Assembly (NCBI GenBank): GCA_034519505.1
Contig: JAXHOI010000004.1
Coordinates: 22,177-86,176 of the forward strand
DNA length: 64,000 nt
Direction of reading: 5' to 3'
DNA from: Sphingobium sp.
GTDB taxonomy: Bacteria; Pseudomonadota; Alphaproteobacteria; Sphingomonadales; Sphingomonadaceae
Shown: piece by piece, positions 36,150 through 46,345 of the stretch
Position numbering within the stretch: position 1 is the stretch's first letter
Layout of the letters: each line of letters starts with the position of its first letter
Translations under genes and position numbers: made by a program
Notes under the pieces: generated by a model
Databases searched by the model: none
Seen by the model: only the letters and a program-made list of their open reading frames with translations
What the model was told of the DNA's origin: nothing

Positions 36150-36872
36150 ATGAAAGCCAATTTTCTTCTCACCGGCGCGCTGGGCGCGCTGATCCTGGGC
36201 GGAGGCGTTGCCATTGCCCAGAATGATGGCGCAATCATGCCGGATGCCCCGGCGCGCGCGCCGATGGCGATGATGGGTGACGCCAATCGGGATGGCAATC
36301 TGACCCGCGCGGAAATGACCGCCGCGGCGCAGGCTGCGTTCGATCGGATGGACGTCAACAAGGACGGCAAGCTGGACAAGGCCGATCGCGATTTGAAGGC
36401 CAAGCAGCGCACGGACGCCTTCTTCGATCGTGCCGATACCGATCATAATGGACAACTCAGCAAGGCGGAATTCGCCGCCGCGCACGAAGCCCGCGCGCAA
36501 GCGAGGGCGGAGCGCCGCGATAAGCGCATGGCGATGGGTAACGATGCGCCCCCGCCCGCTGGTGACGGCGCCGATGAGGCGGCCCCCGCCCATGGTCCGC
36601 GTCACGGCATGCGCGGCCATGGTCCCGGTCGCTGGGGTCGCGGCGGCCATGCCATGGGTATGATGGCCCGGATGGCCGACACCGACAAGGACGGCGCGAT
36701 CAGCAAAGCCGAATTCATGGCGGCGGCAACCGCGCATTTCGACCGGGCTGACACCAACAGGGACGGTGTCGTGACGAAGACGGAGATGCAGGCAGCACGG
36801 GCGGCGATGCGCGCGCGCGGGCCCGGCGATCGGCCGGTTCCTCCGCCACCGCCACCGCCCGTCGGCAACTGA
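36150..36872 (+). CDS. Exported EF-hand repeat protein
   Basis: Signal peptide; five DxxxDG loops (DANRDG, DVNKDG, DTDHNG, DTDKDG, DTNRDG); poly-Pro tail. Confidence 0.85.
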   Translation: MKANFLLTGALGALILGGGVAIAQNDGAIMPDAPARAPMAMMGDANRDGNLTRAEMTAAAQAAFDRMDVNKDGKLDKADRDLKAKQRTDAFFDRADTDHNGQLSKAEFAAAHEARAQARAERRDKRMAMGNDAPPPAGDGADEAAPAHGPRHGMRGHGPGRWGRGGHAMGMMARMADTDKDGAISKAEFMAAATAHFDRADTNRDGVVTKTEMQAARAAMRARGPGDRPVPPPPPPPVGN

Positions 36873-37022
36873 TCGACGGGACCGGCCGACCATCGCTTCC
36901 TCCCCCCTTGCTGCGATGGTCGGCCCAGCCGGGGAAGCGTGCCTGCTGCCATCCCCCTAGGTGGCAGGAGCGCTTCCCCATTCACCCTTTCCCGCGCACG
37001 GCGGGCATGACATGAGAATGGC

Positions 37023-37742
37023 ATGAGCGAACGACCCCATCTCCTCCTCGTCGATGACGAACGATCGATCCGCGATCCGCTGGCGCAATATCTTCAGCGC
37101 AACGGGTTTCGCGTGACGTCGAGTGCGGATGCAGCCGACGCCAGGGTGCAGTTGGCGGCGCGCGCGATCGATCTGGTCATTCTGGACATCATGATGCCGG
37201 GCGAGGACGGCCTTAGCCTGTGTCGCCATATCCGCGCGACCAGCGAGACGCCGGTCATCCTGCTCACCGCCCGGTCGGAAGAAACGGACCGCATAGTCGG
37301 GCTGGAAATGGGTGCCGACGATTATGTCGTAAAGCCCTTTTCACCGCGTGAACTCGTCGCCCGGATCAAGGTCATCCTGCGCCGCGCGCAGGCCGGCGGG
37401 CAGCGCGTTACGTCCGATGACGGCGCCAGTTACGCCTTTGCCGGTTGGGTGTTGAAGCCTGCCGAGCGGACGCTGGTGGACAGCGACGGGGTGACTTTGC
37501 CGCTCAGCACCGGGGAATATAATCTCATGCTGGCCTTCGTCATGCGGCCCAATCAGGTGCTCAGCCGCGATCAACTCCTCGACATTACGCAGGGTCGGGA
37601 AGCCAATGCGTTCGACCGGGCGATCGACAATCAGATCAGTCGCCTGCGCAAGAAGGTCGAGCCCGATCCCAAGAACCCCACGCTGATCCGCACGGTGTGG
37701 GGCGGCGGCTATACGCTCGCTGCCGAGGTGCGAAAGCTGTGA
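37023..37742 (+). CDS. OmpR family response regulator
   Basis: REC plus winged helix (DRAIDNQISRLRKK, TVWGGGY). Confidence 0.93.
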   Translation: MSERPHLLLVDDERSIRDPLAQYLQRNGFRVTSSADAADARVQLAARAIDLVILDIMMPGEDGLSLCRHIRATSETPVILLTARSEETDRIVGLEMGADDYVVKPFSPRELVARIKVILRRAQAGGQRVTSDDGASYAFAGWVLKPAERTLVDSDGVTLPLSTGEYNLMLAFVMRPNQVLSRDQLLDITQGREANAFDRAIDNQISRLRKKVEPDPKNPTLIRTVWGGGYTLAAEVRKL

Positions 37743-39121
37743 CCCGGTTGCTGCAACGATTGTTGCCCAAAAGCATTTCCGGCCAGATCGCGATATTGGT
37801 CGCCATCGCCCTGTTCGTGGCGCAGGGCATCAATTTCTGGCTGATCGTGCGTGAGCGGGAGCGGCAGTCGAGCTTTGCCCTGACCGCGACGGCAGTGTCG
37901 CGCATCGTCATGGCGGAGGACGATCCGGCGCGTTTCGAACAGCGCTCGCAGCCCCGACGCCGGGGCCGGAACGGGCCGTTCCGCACCTCCGTGGAGGTTT
38001 CTGCCACTGGGCCGGCGGCGATTGGAGCGCGAAGGCCGGATATGGAGGATCGCGCGGCGGGCTGGCTGAAATCGTCCGGCGTCGAATTCCGGTCGATCCG
38101 CGCCTATGATCGGCCGCTTTCACCGGGCGAAGCGGTGCGTGAACAAACGCTGCGCGATGGCCCACCACGGTTCAAGCGTCCGCCGCCCATGCGCATGATC
38201 GTGATGGGGATCGAACGTCCTGACGGCCGCTGGCTGGTGGTCCGCCTGTTCGACTTCAATCGCTACGGCCCGGTTCGTTTCGGCCTGATGGCGCAGACGC
38301 TCGTCCTCTATATCGTCGTGTTGTTTCCGCTCATATTGGTCGGGCGCCGCATTGCCCGCCCGCTGCGTGACCTGACGGCGGCAGCGCGGGGCTTTGCACA
38401 GACGGGCACGGCCGAGCCGGTGGAGGAACGTGGCGCGGGTGATGTGCGCGACCTGACGGCGGCGTTCAACGCCATGCGTTCGCGCCTGCTGGCGATGCTG
38501 GATGAAAAGGACAGGATGCTCGGCGCGATCGGCCATGACCTGCGAACGCCCTTGGCGTCTTTGCGGGTGCGCACGGAATCGGTGGAGGATGACGAGGAAC
38601 GCGGGCGGATGGCGGAGACCATCGACGAGATGAGCCATATGCTGGACGACATCCTGTCCCTGGCGCGTGCGGGCAAGAATATCGAGCCGATGCAGCGCAC
38701 CGATGTGTCGGCGCTGGCCGATGCCGTGGTGGAGGACTTTATCGAGCTGGGTCAGCCCGTTGCGCTGGCCGATAGCGCGCGGACCGTGGTTCAGGTAAGG
38801 CCGCAACTGATCCGCAGGGCGCTGCGCAACTTGATCGAGAATGCCATCAAATATGGCGAGCGTGCCGATGTCACGGTGTCCCAGGAAGGGGACCGGGTGC
38901 TGATCTCAGTCAGCGATCAGGGGCCGGGCATGCCGGAAGACCGGATGAGCGAAATGACCGAGGCGTTCACCCGGCTGGAGGGGTCGCGCAATCGCGGCAC
39001 TGGCGGCGCGGGTCTTGGGCTGGCGCTGGTGAAGGCGATCATGGTCGATCATGGCGGCCAGCTGCGCCTTGCCAACGGTCAGAATGGGGGACTGGTCGCC
39101 AGCCTGGTGCTGCCGGCCTGA
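37739..39121 (+). CDS. HAMP-domain sensor histidine kinase
   Basis: Two TM segments, HAMP, HDLRTP, NAIKY, GAGLGL; GTG overlaps the RR stop. Confidence 0.92.
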   Translation: MTRLLQRLLPKSISGQIAILVAIALFVAQGINFWLIVRERERQSSFALTATAVSRIVMAEDDPARFEQRSQPRRRGRNGPFRTSVEVSATGPAAIGARRPDMEDRAAGWLKSSGVEFRSIRAYDRPLSPGEAVREQTLRDGPPRFKRPPPMRMIVMGIERPDGRWLVVRLFDFNRYGPVRFGLMAQTLVLYIVVLFPLILVGRRIARPLRDLTAAARGFAQTGTAEPVEERGAGDVRDLTAAFNAMRSRLLAMLDEKDRMLGAIGHDLRTPLASLRVRTESVEDDEERGRMAETIDEMSHMLDDILSLARAGKNIEPMQRTDVSALADAVVEDFIELGQPVALADSARTVVQVRPQLIRRALRNLIENAIKYGERADVTVSQEGDRVLISVSDQGPGMPEDRMSEMTEAFTRLEGSRNRGTGGAGLGLALVKAIMVDHGGQLRLANGQNGGLVASLVLPA

Positions 39122-39136
39122 GCACGCGGCGGGGCC

Positions 39137-40225
39137 TTAATGGCCCGGCTTGCCCTTGCCCTTGCCCGCTGCAACTTCATCGGCGTTCAGGATCTTGGCG
39201 CCGTTGGGCAAGGCCGTGCGTCCCAGATCCATGGCGCGGATTTCGCGCTGCATCTGCTTGCTCGGATCGTCCCGCTCGGCAATGGCGGCAGCGGTCGCGG
39301 CGTCTTGCGGCGGACCCCCGGCCTCTTCATTGATCTTGAACTCGCCTTCGCGCGTCCATGCCAGAACGATGGACATGCGGCGGTTACGCGGGTCATAGGG
39401 GTTGGTTCCGTTATACGGCTCGCGATCGGCCACGCCCTCGATACGGGCGAAGCGGCGGGGACCGATGCCGCTCTCCGCCAGTGCGCGGCGCGTCGCTTCG
39501 GCCCGGCTGGACGATAGCATCCAGTTGTTCATGTTCCGCCCGGCGGCATAGGGCAGTCCGTCGGTGTGACCGCGCACGATGACGTCGTTGGGCATGCCGG
39601 AAATGGCGCGCGCGACTTCGCCGAGCAAGCTGCGCGCGGCGGGCAACAGGCGATCGGTGCCGATGGCGAACATCGAAAAATCCGCCTCGTCGATGAGGTC
39701 GATGCGCAGCCCTTCGCGGGTCTGGGTGAAACGGATATTCTTGCTCAGCTTGATCAGCGCCTTGTCGCGCGCCATCTGCTGCTGGATCTGCTTCTTGATG
39801 TCCTCGAACTTCTGAAGGTCCGCAGAGCGGCTCTTCATGTTCTTGCCGCCATCGTCGCGCGTTCCGGTGGCATCGCGCGGGATGGTGATCGCGGCGCGGC
39901 CCTGTCCGCCGGTGGTGGGGTAGTTTTCCTTGCCCATCATGCTGTCGCCGCCGAACATGCCGTTCGATCCGGCGCTCGCCATCTTCAGTTCGACCAGCGT
40001 GGGGGTGAAGTAGTCAGCGAGCGCCTTGCGCTGTTTTTCCGTCGTCGCGCCGAGCAGCCACATCAGCAGGAAGAACGCCATCATCGCCGTCACGAAGTCG
40101 GCATATGCGACTTTCCAGGCACCGCCATGATGGCCGCCATGGCCATCGACGATGATCTTCTTGACGATGATCGGCCGTGGTTCGGGCTCGTTATCGGCCC
40201 GTTTGCGGCTGGGTGCCGACGCCAT
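39137..40225 (-). CDS. motB: Flagellar motor stator protein MotB
   Basis: WKVAYADFVTAMMAFF; OmpA-like GHTD...NRR. Confidence 0.93.
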   Translation of the reverse strand: MASAPSRKRADNEPEPRPIIVKKIIVDGHGGHHGGAWKVAYADFVTAMMAFFLLMWLLGATTEKQRKALADYFTPTLVELKMASAGSNGMFGGDSMMGKENYPTTGGQGRAAITIPRDATGTRDDGGKNMKSRSADLQKFEDIKKQIQQQMARDKALIKLSKNIRFTQTREGLRIDLIDEADFSMFAIGTDRLLPAARSLLGEVARAISGMPNDVIVRGHTDGLPYAAGRNMNNWMLSSSRAEATRRALAESGIGPRRFARIEGVADREPYNGTNPYDPRNRRMSIVLAWTREGEFKINEEAGGPPQDAATAAAIAERDDPSKQMQREIRAMDLGRTALPNGAKILNADEVAAGKGKGKPGH

Positions 40226-40228
40226 GGC

Positions 40229-41092
40229 TTATTTGCCCCGCATGCCGTCGAACACTTCGGCAAAGGCCGGCTGGTTGGCGTGCGTCAGGCTGGAGCGTGC
40301 GGCTTCGATCACCAGCGGCTGGGGGTGGCCGTGGAGCGAAGCGATAATGATCTGCTTGACGACATGATAGATCGCCGCGTCGCTTTCGATCACCGCGCGG
40401 CAGCGATTGGCGAACGGATTGACCATGCCATAGGCGAGCAGAACGCCCAGGAACGTACCGACCAGCGCCGATCCGATCATGCCGCCCAGAATTTCGGGTG
40501 GCTTGTCGATCGACCCCATGGTCTTGACCACGCCCAGAACCGCCGCGACGATCCCCAGGGCGGGCAGTGCGTCGGCCAGCCCCTGAAGGTTATCGGCGGG
40601 CTTGATCGCTTCATGGTGATGGGTCTTCAGGCCATTGTCCATGACCTCTTCGACCGCGTGCGGATCGAGCGTGCCCGAGGACACGACGACCAGGCGCAGC
40701 GTATCGCAGATCAGATGGATGAGCGTGTTGTCGTTCAGCAGGCGCGGATACTCGGTGAAGATCGCGGAGCTTTTCGGGTCCTCGATATGCGGTTCCAGCG
40801 CCACCGGCCCTTCCACACGCAACGTCTTCATCAGGCGCGACACCAGGAAGATGCAGTCGAGAAAATCCTGCTTCTTGTACTTGGGCCCTTTGAACACCTT
40901 GCCCAGGCCGCCGCCCAGCGCTTTCAGATCGGCACCGGAATTTCCGATGATCAGCGCGCCTACGGCGGCACCGCCGATGATGATCATTTCGTGCGGCAAT
41001 GCGTGCAGAACCGGCTCGATGTCGCCACCGGTAAAGATGAAGCCGCCGAAGACCATGCCCAGCAGGACAACAAGGCCGATGATTGCGAACAT
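40229..41092 (-). CDS. motA: Flagellar motor stator protein MotA
   Basis: PALGIVAAVLGVVKTM, ALVGTFLGVLLAYG. Confidence 0.93.
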   Translation of the reverse strand: MFAIIGLVVLLGMVFGGFIFTGGDIEPVLHALPHEMIIIGGAAVGALIIGNSGADLKALGGGLGKVFKGPKYKKQDFLDCIFLVSRLMKTLRVEGPVALEPHIEDPKSSAIFTEYPRLLNDNTLIHLICDTLRLVVVSSGTLDPHAVEEVMDNGLKTHHHEAIKPADNLQGLADALPALGIVAAVLGVVKTMGSIDKPPEILGGMIGSALVGTFLGVLLAYGMVNPFANRCRAVIESDAAIYHVVKQIIIASLHGHPQPLVIEAARSSLTHANQPAFAEVFDGMRGK

Positions 41093-41171
41093 TTCCCCAA
41101 AGTCCCCTATGCGCGTCCCACCGGTCGACTTGCCCTCGTCCCGGCCCGTTCCCGCGCAGGGGAACGGCAAT

Positions 41172-41179
41172 ATGGTTAA
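41172..41179 (-). promoter_or_regulatory. CtrA-type half site TTAACCAT upstream of motA
   Basis: Exact 8-mer on the minus strand within a TTAA/GTAACCAT-rich patch. Confidence 0.45.
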
Positions 41180-41202
41180 GGCTTAACCGGCAATGGTTAC
41201 CA

Positions 41203-42048
41203 TCAGGTCAAGAGATCGAAGAGCGTGCGGCCGTTGATCCGCGCAAACGCGGCCTGCGCTGCTTCCAGCGAAACCAGCTTCGCCTGAAGCTTCGTGATGG
41301 TTTCGGTGAGGTCGGTGTCTTCCAGTTCGGACCGCTGCGACGCCAGTTGGAGGTCGGCGTCCGACAGACGTTCGCCCGCGTCGTCCAGCCGCGAAGCACG
41401 AACGCCCTGAACCGACTGGGCCAGAATGACATGGTCGAGCGCTTCGCGAACCTGGCTGAGCGAGGCGTCGCGATCTGTCTGCGTCCCCGATTTGACGCCG
41501 TTTATAGCGTTTTCCAGAATTTGATCGAGCGAGAAGGTCTGCCCGTCCACCTGCACGCCATCGCTGACGCTCTGCCGCGTGCCGACCGCTTCGACGCTGA
41601 GGCCGCGGGCGACAGGCACCAGAATGGACTTGTTGTCATCGAACACCGGCGTGCCCTGGAAATCCGTTTCGTTGAGCAGTTCGTTGGCGACCTTGCGAAT
41701 CCCCTCCAGATCGGCGGCGATGGCATCGCGCCCCGGTTCGCCTTCTGCGGTGGAGGCAGCCTCGACGATCAGCTCGCGCGCACGGGTGAACAGGCTGTTG
41801 AGCTGCGTCAGGTTGGATTCGGCCTTTTCCGAGCGCGACTTGGCATAGACCACATTCGCGTTCCAGGCCGCCTGATTGGACTGCTGGCGGCTGATATCGG
41901 AAATCTGCACCCAGGTCTGCGCGTCGTCGGATGGCGCGGCGACCTTCTTGCCGCTCGAAATCTTCTGCTGGTCGTTGGCGATCGACCGGGCGAGATTTTG
42001 CTGCCGGACGATTTCGGCCATCAGCGTCTGTCGGGTTATAGCGACCAT
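41203..42048 (-). CDS. flgL: Hook-filament junction protein FlgL
   Basis: ISSGKKVAAPSDD; C-terminal LEAAQAAFARI..TLFDLL; follows flgK. Confidence 0.87.
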   Translation of the reverse strand: MVAITRQTLMAEIVRQQNLARSIANDQQKISSGKKVAAPSDDAQTWVQISDISRQQSNQAAWNANVVYAKSRSEKAESNLTQLNSLFTRARELIVEAASTAEGEPGRDAIAADLEGIRKVANELLNETDFQGTPVFDDNKSILVPVARGLSVEAVGTRQSVSDGVQVDGQTFSLDQILENAINGVKSGTQTDRDASLSQVREALDHVILAQSVQGVRASRLDDAGERLSDADLQLASQRSELEDTDLTETITKLQAKLVSLEAAQAAFARINGRTLFDLLT

Positions 42049-42068
42049 GGGCTGTTCCTTCGTTCCGG

Positions 42069-43406
42069 TCAGAAGATGTCGAGAATGGCTTGGACGGTTT
42101 CGCGACCGACCTGCATGACGCGGGCTGCGGCCTGATAGGCCTGCTGGAAACGCAGCAGATCGGCAGCCTCGACGTCCAGGTCGACGCCGCTGACGTCGGA
42201 CCGCGCAGAACGGGTTTGCCCGTCGCGCGCTTCGGCGGCTTCCTGCTGCAGCTTCGTCGTCGTCATCATATTGGCGTGCTGCGCAACCAGCGCGGTCCAG
42301 CCATTTTCGACGCCATTGGTTCCACGGATCGAGTTGATCGCGATCAGATTGCCGTTCAGCGTACCATCGGACGAACGCGCCGCGATCTGGCTGATGTCGG
42401 TGATCGTCACGGCCAGCCCGGCCGCACCCAGCGCAGGGTCGTAGGAGACCAGCGGCCCGCCCGCCGTACCTGCGTCCGTCAAGCCGCCGGCGTGCCAGCC
42501 ATTAAGGTCGCTGGCGAACTGGCTGGCCAGCGCGTTGAGGCTGGTCGTGCGGTCGCGCGCAACCTTCGCGCTTTCCACCAGGCCGCCAATCGACCCGCCG
42601 CTCGGTTCGCCGATGGCAGCGCCTTCATGGGCGAGGGCTATGGTGCCGTCGCTGTTGGTGGAGAAGGAAAAGGCGGTGGGCGTCACCGATTCCACGATGG
42701 TCTTGCCGGCATAGTCGACCTGCGCCACGCCATGATCCTTGAACGTGATGGTCACGTTCAGCTTCTGCGAAATGGTGTCGAGTGCCGAATCCCGGCTGTC
42801 GAGCAATTGAGCCTCTGCCGACGTGCCGGGGACGACGCGCCGCAACCCTTCGTTCGCATTGGCCAGTTGCACCAGTGCGTCGTTAAGCGTCGCGACCTCG
42901 ATGCCGGCCTGGCCACTGATCGCCTTGGTCACTTCGGCAAGGCTGGTTCCGGCCTGACCGAAAGCGGTCACGACCTGCTCCACGCCATAGACGACATTGG
43001 TGCGCAGGGAGGTGTCCGCCGGATTGGCCGCCAGCTTCTGGACGGCGGAAAACATTTCGGACAATCGCTGGCCGACGCCCAGGGTCGTGTCGTTCAGCGC
43101 CGTTTCGATGTCGCCGTTCCAGCGCAGGCGCTGATCGGCGCTGCCCAATATATTGCCCGAAAGCCGTGTGGCAGCGTCCAGATAGGCGTCGGTCTGCCGC
43201 CGGATGCCCCCGATCTCCGCCCCGCCGAAGTTCGACTTGGGAACGTAGAGTGGCGAGGTGACGGACGACGCCGCCGATTCGCGCAGCTGGATCGTCCGGC
43301 GCGCGTAATTCTCGGTGTTCGCGTTGCTGATATTTTCGGAAATCGTGGCCAGTGCCGCGCGATAGGCCTTGGCGCCCGACGCGCCGATCATCAGCAGGTC
43401 GCTCAT
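42069..43406 (-). CDS. flgK: Hook-associated protein FlgK
   Basis: NISNANTENYARR; SGVDLDVEAADLLRFQQAYQA. Confidence 0.92.
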   Translation of the reverse strand: MSDLLMIGASGAKAYRAALATISENISNANTENYARRTIQLRESAASSVTSPLYVPKSNFGGAEIGGIRRQTDAYLDAATRLSGNILGSADQRLRWNGDIETALNDTTLGVGQRLSEMFSAVQKLAANPADTSLRTNVVYGVEQVVTAFGQAGTSLAEVTKAISGQAGIEVATLNDALVQLANANEGLRRVVPGTSAEAQLLDSRDSALDTISQKLNVTITFKDHGVAQVDYAGKTIVESVTPTAFSFSTNSDGTIALAHEGAAIGEPSGGSIGGLVESAKVARDRTTSLNALASQFASDLNGWHAGGLTDAGTAGGPLVSYDPALGAAGLAVTITDISQIAARSSDGTLNGNLIAINSIRGTNGVENGWTALVAQHANMMTTTKLQQEAAEARDGQTRSARSDVSGVDLDVEAADLLRFQQAYQAAARVMQVGRETVQAILDIF

Positions 43407-43702
43407 GCCCGGTCACCAAATTGCTTGAGCAACAGGTCGGCAATGCCGAAGCTGCCCTTTTCGGCCATGCTCTGCGCGGTGCGCGCGTCGGCCATTTCGC
43501 GGAACTGATCGGTCGCGCTGGACCCGAACACGTCTTCGGACAGGCTGCCCTGTCGCATGTTCGCGATCATCTGACGCAGGAAAATCGCCTCGAACTGTTC
43601 GGCGGTCTGCTTCAGCTTGGCTTTTTCCGCCGCACGCGGATCGGCACCGGCCGCCGTGGCGGCGGTCGGTCCGGTCGGTCCCCTGTTCCCTATCGTCGTC
43701 AC
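43403..43702 (-). CDS. flgJ: FlgJ, rod-capping domain only
   Basis: AEQFEAIFLRQMIANMR; 99 aa, no muramidase domain. Confidence 0.85.
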   Translation of the reverse strand: MTTIGNRGPTGPTAATAAGADPRAAEKAKLKQTAEQFEAIFLRQMIANMRQGSLSEDVFGSSATDQFREMADARTAQSMAEKGSFGIADLLLKQFGDRA

Positions 43703-44817
43703 AGCACCACCAACTCCGCCTTCATCGCGCCGGCCTGCTTCAGCGCTTCCAGGATCGCGACCAGGTCGCCCGGCGAAGCACCGATGGCGTTCACCGCCTT
43801 CACTATATCGGCTAGAGACGCGCCGTTTTTAATTTCGAACATTGGGCGCTTCTCCTCCTCGACGCTGATCTGACTCGATTGCTGCACGGCGGTCTGCCCG
43901 CGAGAGAAGGGGGCGGGTTGCACCACCTGCGGCGCTTCGTTCACGGCGACGGTCATTTTCCCATGCGAAACGGCGGCCGGGCTGATGCGTACCGCGCCAT
44001 TGATGACGACCGTTCCGGTGCGGGCATTCACGATGACCCGCGCCGGCGCTTCGGCAGGCTTGACCTCGATATTCTCGATCAGGCCCATCATCACGGTGCG
44101 CTGTTCGGCTCCTGGCTGGGCGCTGATCGCAATGGTCACCGCGTCGATCGCTTTGGCCCGCTGATCGCCAAAGGCGATGTTGATCGCGTCAGCCACGCGC
44201 AGCGCGGTGGTAATGTCGGCGTCGGCCAGGTTGAAGTTGACCGTCGGGCTGGTTTCAAAGCCGGTCGCAACCGCCTGCTCAACGGACGCGCCGCCGGGGA
44301 TACGGCCCGCGGAGGGAATATTGACCGAAACTTTCGACCCGTCGGCACCATCGACGCCCAGGCCACCCACGGCCAGGCTGCCTTGAGCCATGGCATAGAT
44401 TTCTCCGTTCGCGCCGCGCAGCGGGGTCAGCACCAGCGTGCCGCCGCGCAGCGACTTCGCCTTGCCCAGCGCGGACACGACGACGTCAAGGCGCTGGCCG
44501 GGCTTGGCGAAGGGCGGCAGGTCGGCCGTGACCATCACCGCTGCGGCGTTCTTGAGCGAAGGGTTGACGCCGGCGGGCAGGGTCAGGCCAAAGCGCGATA
44601 CCACGCCCTTCATGCCCTGCGTCGAATAGTCCAGGCTGTCGTCGCCCGTGCCGTTAAGGCCCACCACGATGCCGTAGCCCGTCAGTTGGTTGGCGCGCAG
44701 GCCCTGAAAAGTGCCCAGATCCTTGATCCGTTCGGCATGCGCGGGCACCGCCGCGACCAGCATCAGGGCCAGCAGGGCGCCGATCAGGCGAAGGAAGGAT
44801 GAAACGCGCAAGTGCAT
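43699..44817 (-). CDS. flgI: Flagellar P-ring protein FlgI
   Basis: RIKD, NQLTGYGIVVGLNGTGD, KSLRGGTL. Confidence 0.95.
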   Translation of the reverse strand: MHLRVSSFLRLIGALLALMLVAAVPAHAERIKDLGTFQGLRANQLTGYGIVVGLNGTGDDSLDYSTQGMKGVVSRFGLTLPAGVNPSLKNAAAVMVTADLPPFAKPGQRLDVVVSALGKAKSLRGGTLVLTPLRGANGEIYAMAQGSLAVGGLGVDGADGSKVSVNIPSAGRIPGGASVEQAVATGFETSPTVNFNLADADITTALRVADAINIAFGDQRAKAIDAVTIAISAQPGAEQRTVMMGLIENIEVKPAEAPARVIVNARTGTVVINGAVRISPAAVSHGKMTVAVNEAPQVVQPAPFSRGQTAVQQSSQISVEEEKRPMFEIKNGASLADIVKAVNAIGASPGDLVAILEALKQAGAMKAELVVL

Positions 44818-44829
44818 GGGGCTATCCCG

Positions 44830-45519
44830 TCAAAAGGGGCTGATCATGGTGAAGAAGCGTTGCAGCCAGCCCTGACGGCTGGCGCGGGCGAGTTCGCCCT
44901 TGCCGGTGTAGGCGATCTTGGCGTCGGCGACGCGGGTCGACAGGATGCGATTGTCCGGCGTGATGTCCGCGCCGCGGATCAGGCCGGTGATCGTGATATA
45001 TTCGTCGCCCCGGTTCAGCATCAGCGACTTTTGCCCGCGCACCAGCATGGTTCCGTTCGGAAACACCTTTTCGATGGTGACGGTGATTTCGCCGGAAAGC
45101 TGGTTCGACTGCTCGGCCTGACCCTTGCCGTTGAAGCTGTTGGTTCCGCCGGTCGAGACGTCGGTGTCCTTGAAGAAGGAGAAGGGGCCGGTGGCAGGGG
45201 GCGTCAGGCCGATGCTGCCAGTCCGCCCGGTCGCCGCGCTGTTGCTTTTCGACGCCTGCGTGCGTTCGACCAGCGTAATGGTGATGACATCGCCGACGGA
45301 GGAAGCGCGCGCGCCGCTGGTGAGTGGAGTGTAGCCGTTGGCGACCTGAAAGATCGATCCGTTGGGCTGCGCGGGCTGCATCGGCTCCTGCGCATAATGG
45401 GGCGCATATTCGTCCATCTTGGACGGCTTGGGCTTGCCTGCGCAGGCGGGCTCGACCCCGCCCGCGATCAGCAGGGCGGCGGCAGCGAGGAGCAGGGCAG
45501 GGGTGTTGCGCGCGATCAT
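44830..45519 (-). CDS. flgH: Flagellar L-ring protein FlgH
   Basis: NGSIFQ, VGDVITITLVE, STRVADAKIAYTG, GWLQRFF. Confidence 0.92.
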   Translation of the reverse strand: MIARNTPALLLAAAALLIAGGVEPACAGKPKPSKMDEYAPHYAQEPMQPAQPNGSIFQVANGYTPLTSGARASSVGDVITITLVERTQASKSNSAATGRTGSIGLTPPATGPFSFFKDTDVSTGGTNSFNGKGQAEQSNQLSGEITVTIEKVFPNGTMLVRGQKSLMLNRGDEYITITGLIRGADITPDNRILSTRVADAKIAYTGKGELARASRQGWLQRFFTMISPF

Positions 45520-45532
45520 GCCGGTTGCGCGA

Positions 45533-46321
45533 TCAAAGCTGCTGGTTGACATATTGCAGCATCTCGTCGCTGGCCTTGATCATCTTGGAGTTGACCTCAT
45601 AGGCGCGCTGCGTCTCGATCATGTCGACCAGTTCCTCGACGACATTGACGTTCGATCCTTCCAGCATGCCCTGACGAATGGTCCCGCGACCGTCGAGCCC
45701 GGCAGCACCGACCTGCGGTGCGCCGCTGGCTGCGGTTTCGACCAGCAGGTTGGAACCCTCGCTCTGCAGGCCGGCCGGATTGACGAACCGGGCGATTTCG
45801 ATCCGGCCAAGCTCTGTCGGCGCGGTTTCACCCTGCAAGGTGGCGCTGACGGTCCCGTCATTGCCGATGGTGACGGCCATCGCGCCTTCGGGTACCTGGA
45901 TCTGCGGCACGACCTGCAGTCCCTCGCTGCTGACCAGCGTGCCTTCGGCGGTCAGGCTGAAATTGCCGGCGCGGGTGTAGGCAGTAGTGCCGTCGGGGCG
46001 TTGCAGCTGAAAATAGCCATTGCCCTCGATCGCCATGTCCAGCGCGTTGTCGGTCGACACCATTGCGCCCTGGGTCTCGATGCGGCTGGTACCGACCAGA
46101 TTGACGCCTGACCCGAGCGACAGGCCGGTGGCGAACTTATTGTCGGCCGACGAATTGGCCCCGGCTGCCTGCATCTGCTGATAGGCGAGCGTCTGAAAAT
46201 CGGCGCGATCGCGCTTGAACCCGGTGGTGTTGACGTTCGCCAGGTTGTTGGCGATCACCCGCATGCGGGTGTTTTCGGCGTCAAGGCCGGTGCGGGCTAC
46301 GTGAAGGGCTGCGTTGCTCAT
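45533..46321 (-). CDS. flgG: Distal rod protein FlgG
   Basis: ANNLANVNTTGFK, LEGSNVNVVEELVDMIETQRAYE. Confidence 0.95.
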   Translation of the reverse strand: MSNAALHVARTGLDAENTRMRVIANNLANVNTTGFKRDRADFQTLAYQQMQAAGANSSADNKFATGLSLGSGVNLVGTSRIETQGAMVSTDNALDMAIEGNGYFQLQRPDGTTAYTRAGNFSLTAEGTLVSSEGLQVVPQIQVPEGAMAVTIGNDGTVSATLQGETAPTELGRIEIARFVNPAGLQSEGSNLLVETAASGAPQVGAAGLDGRGTIRQGMLEGSNVNVVEELVDMIETQRAYEVNSKMIKASDEMLQYVNQQL

Positions 46322-46345
46322 TGGTCCGTTTCCCCATCAAATCCG

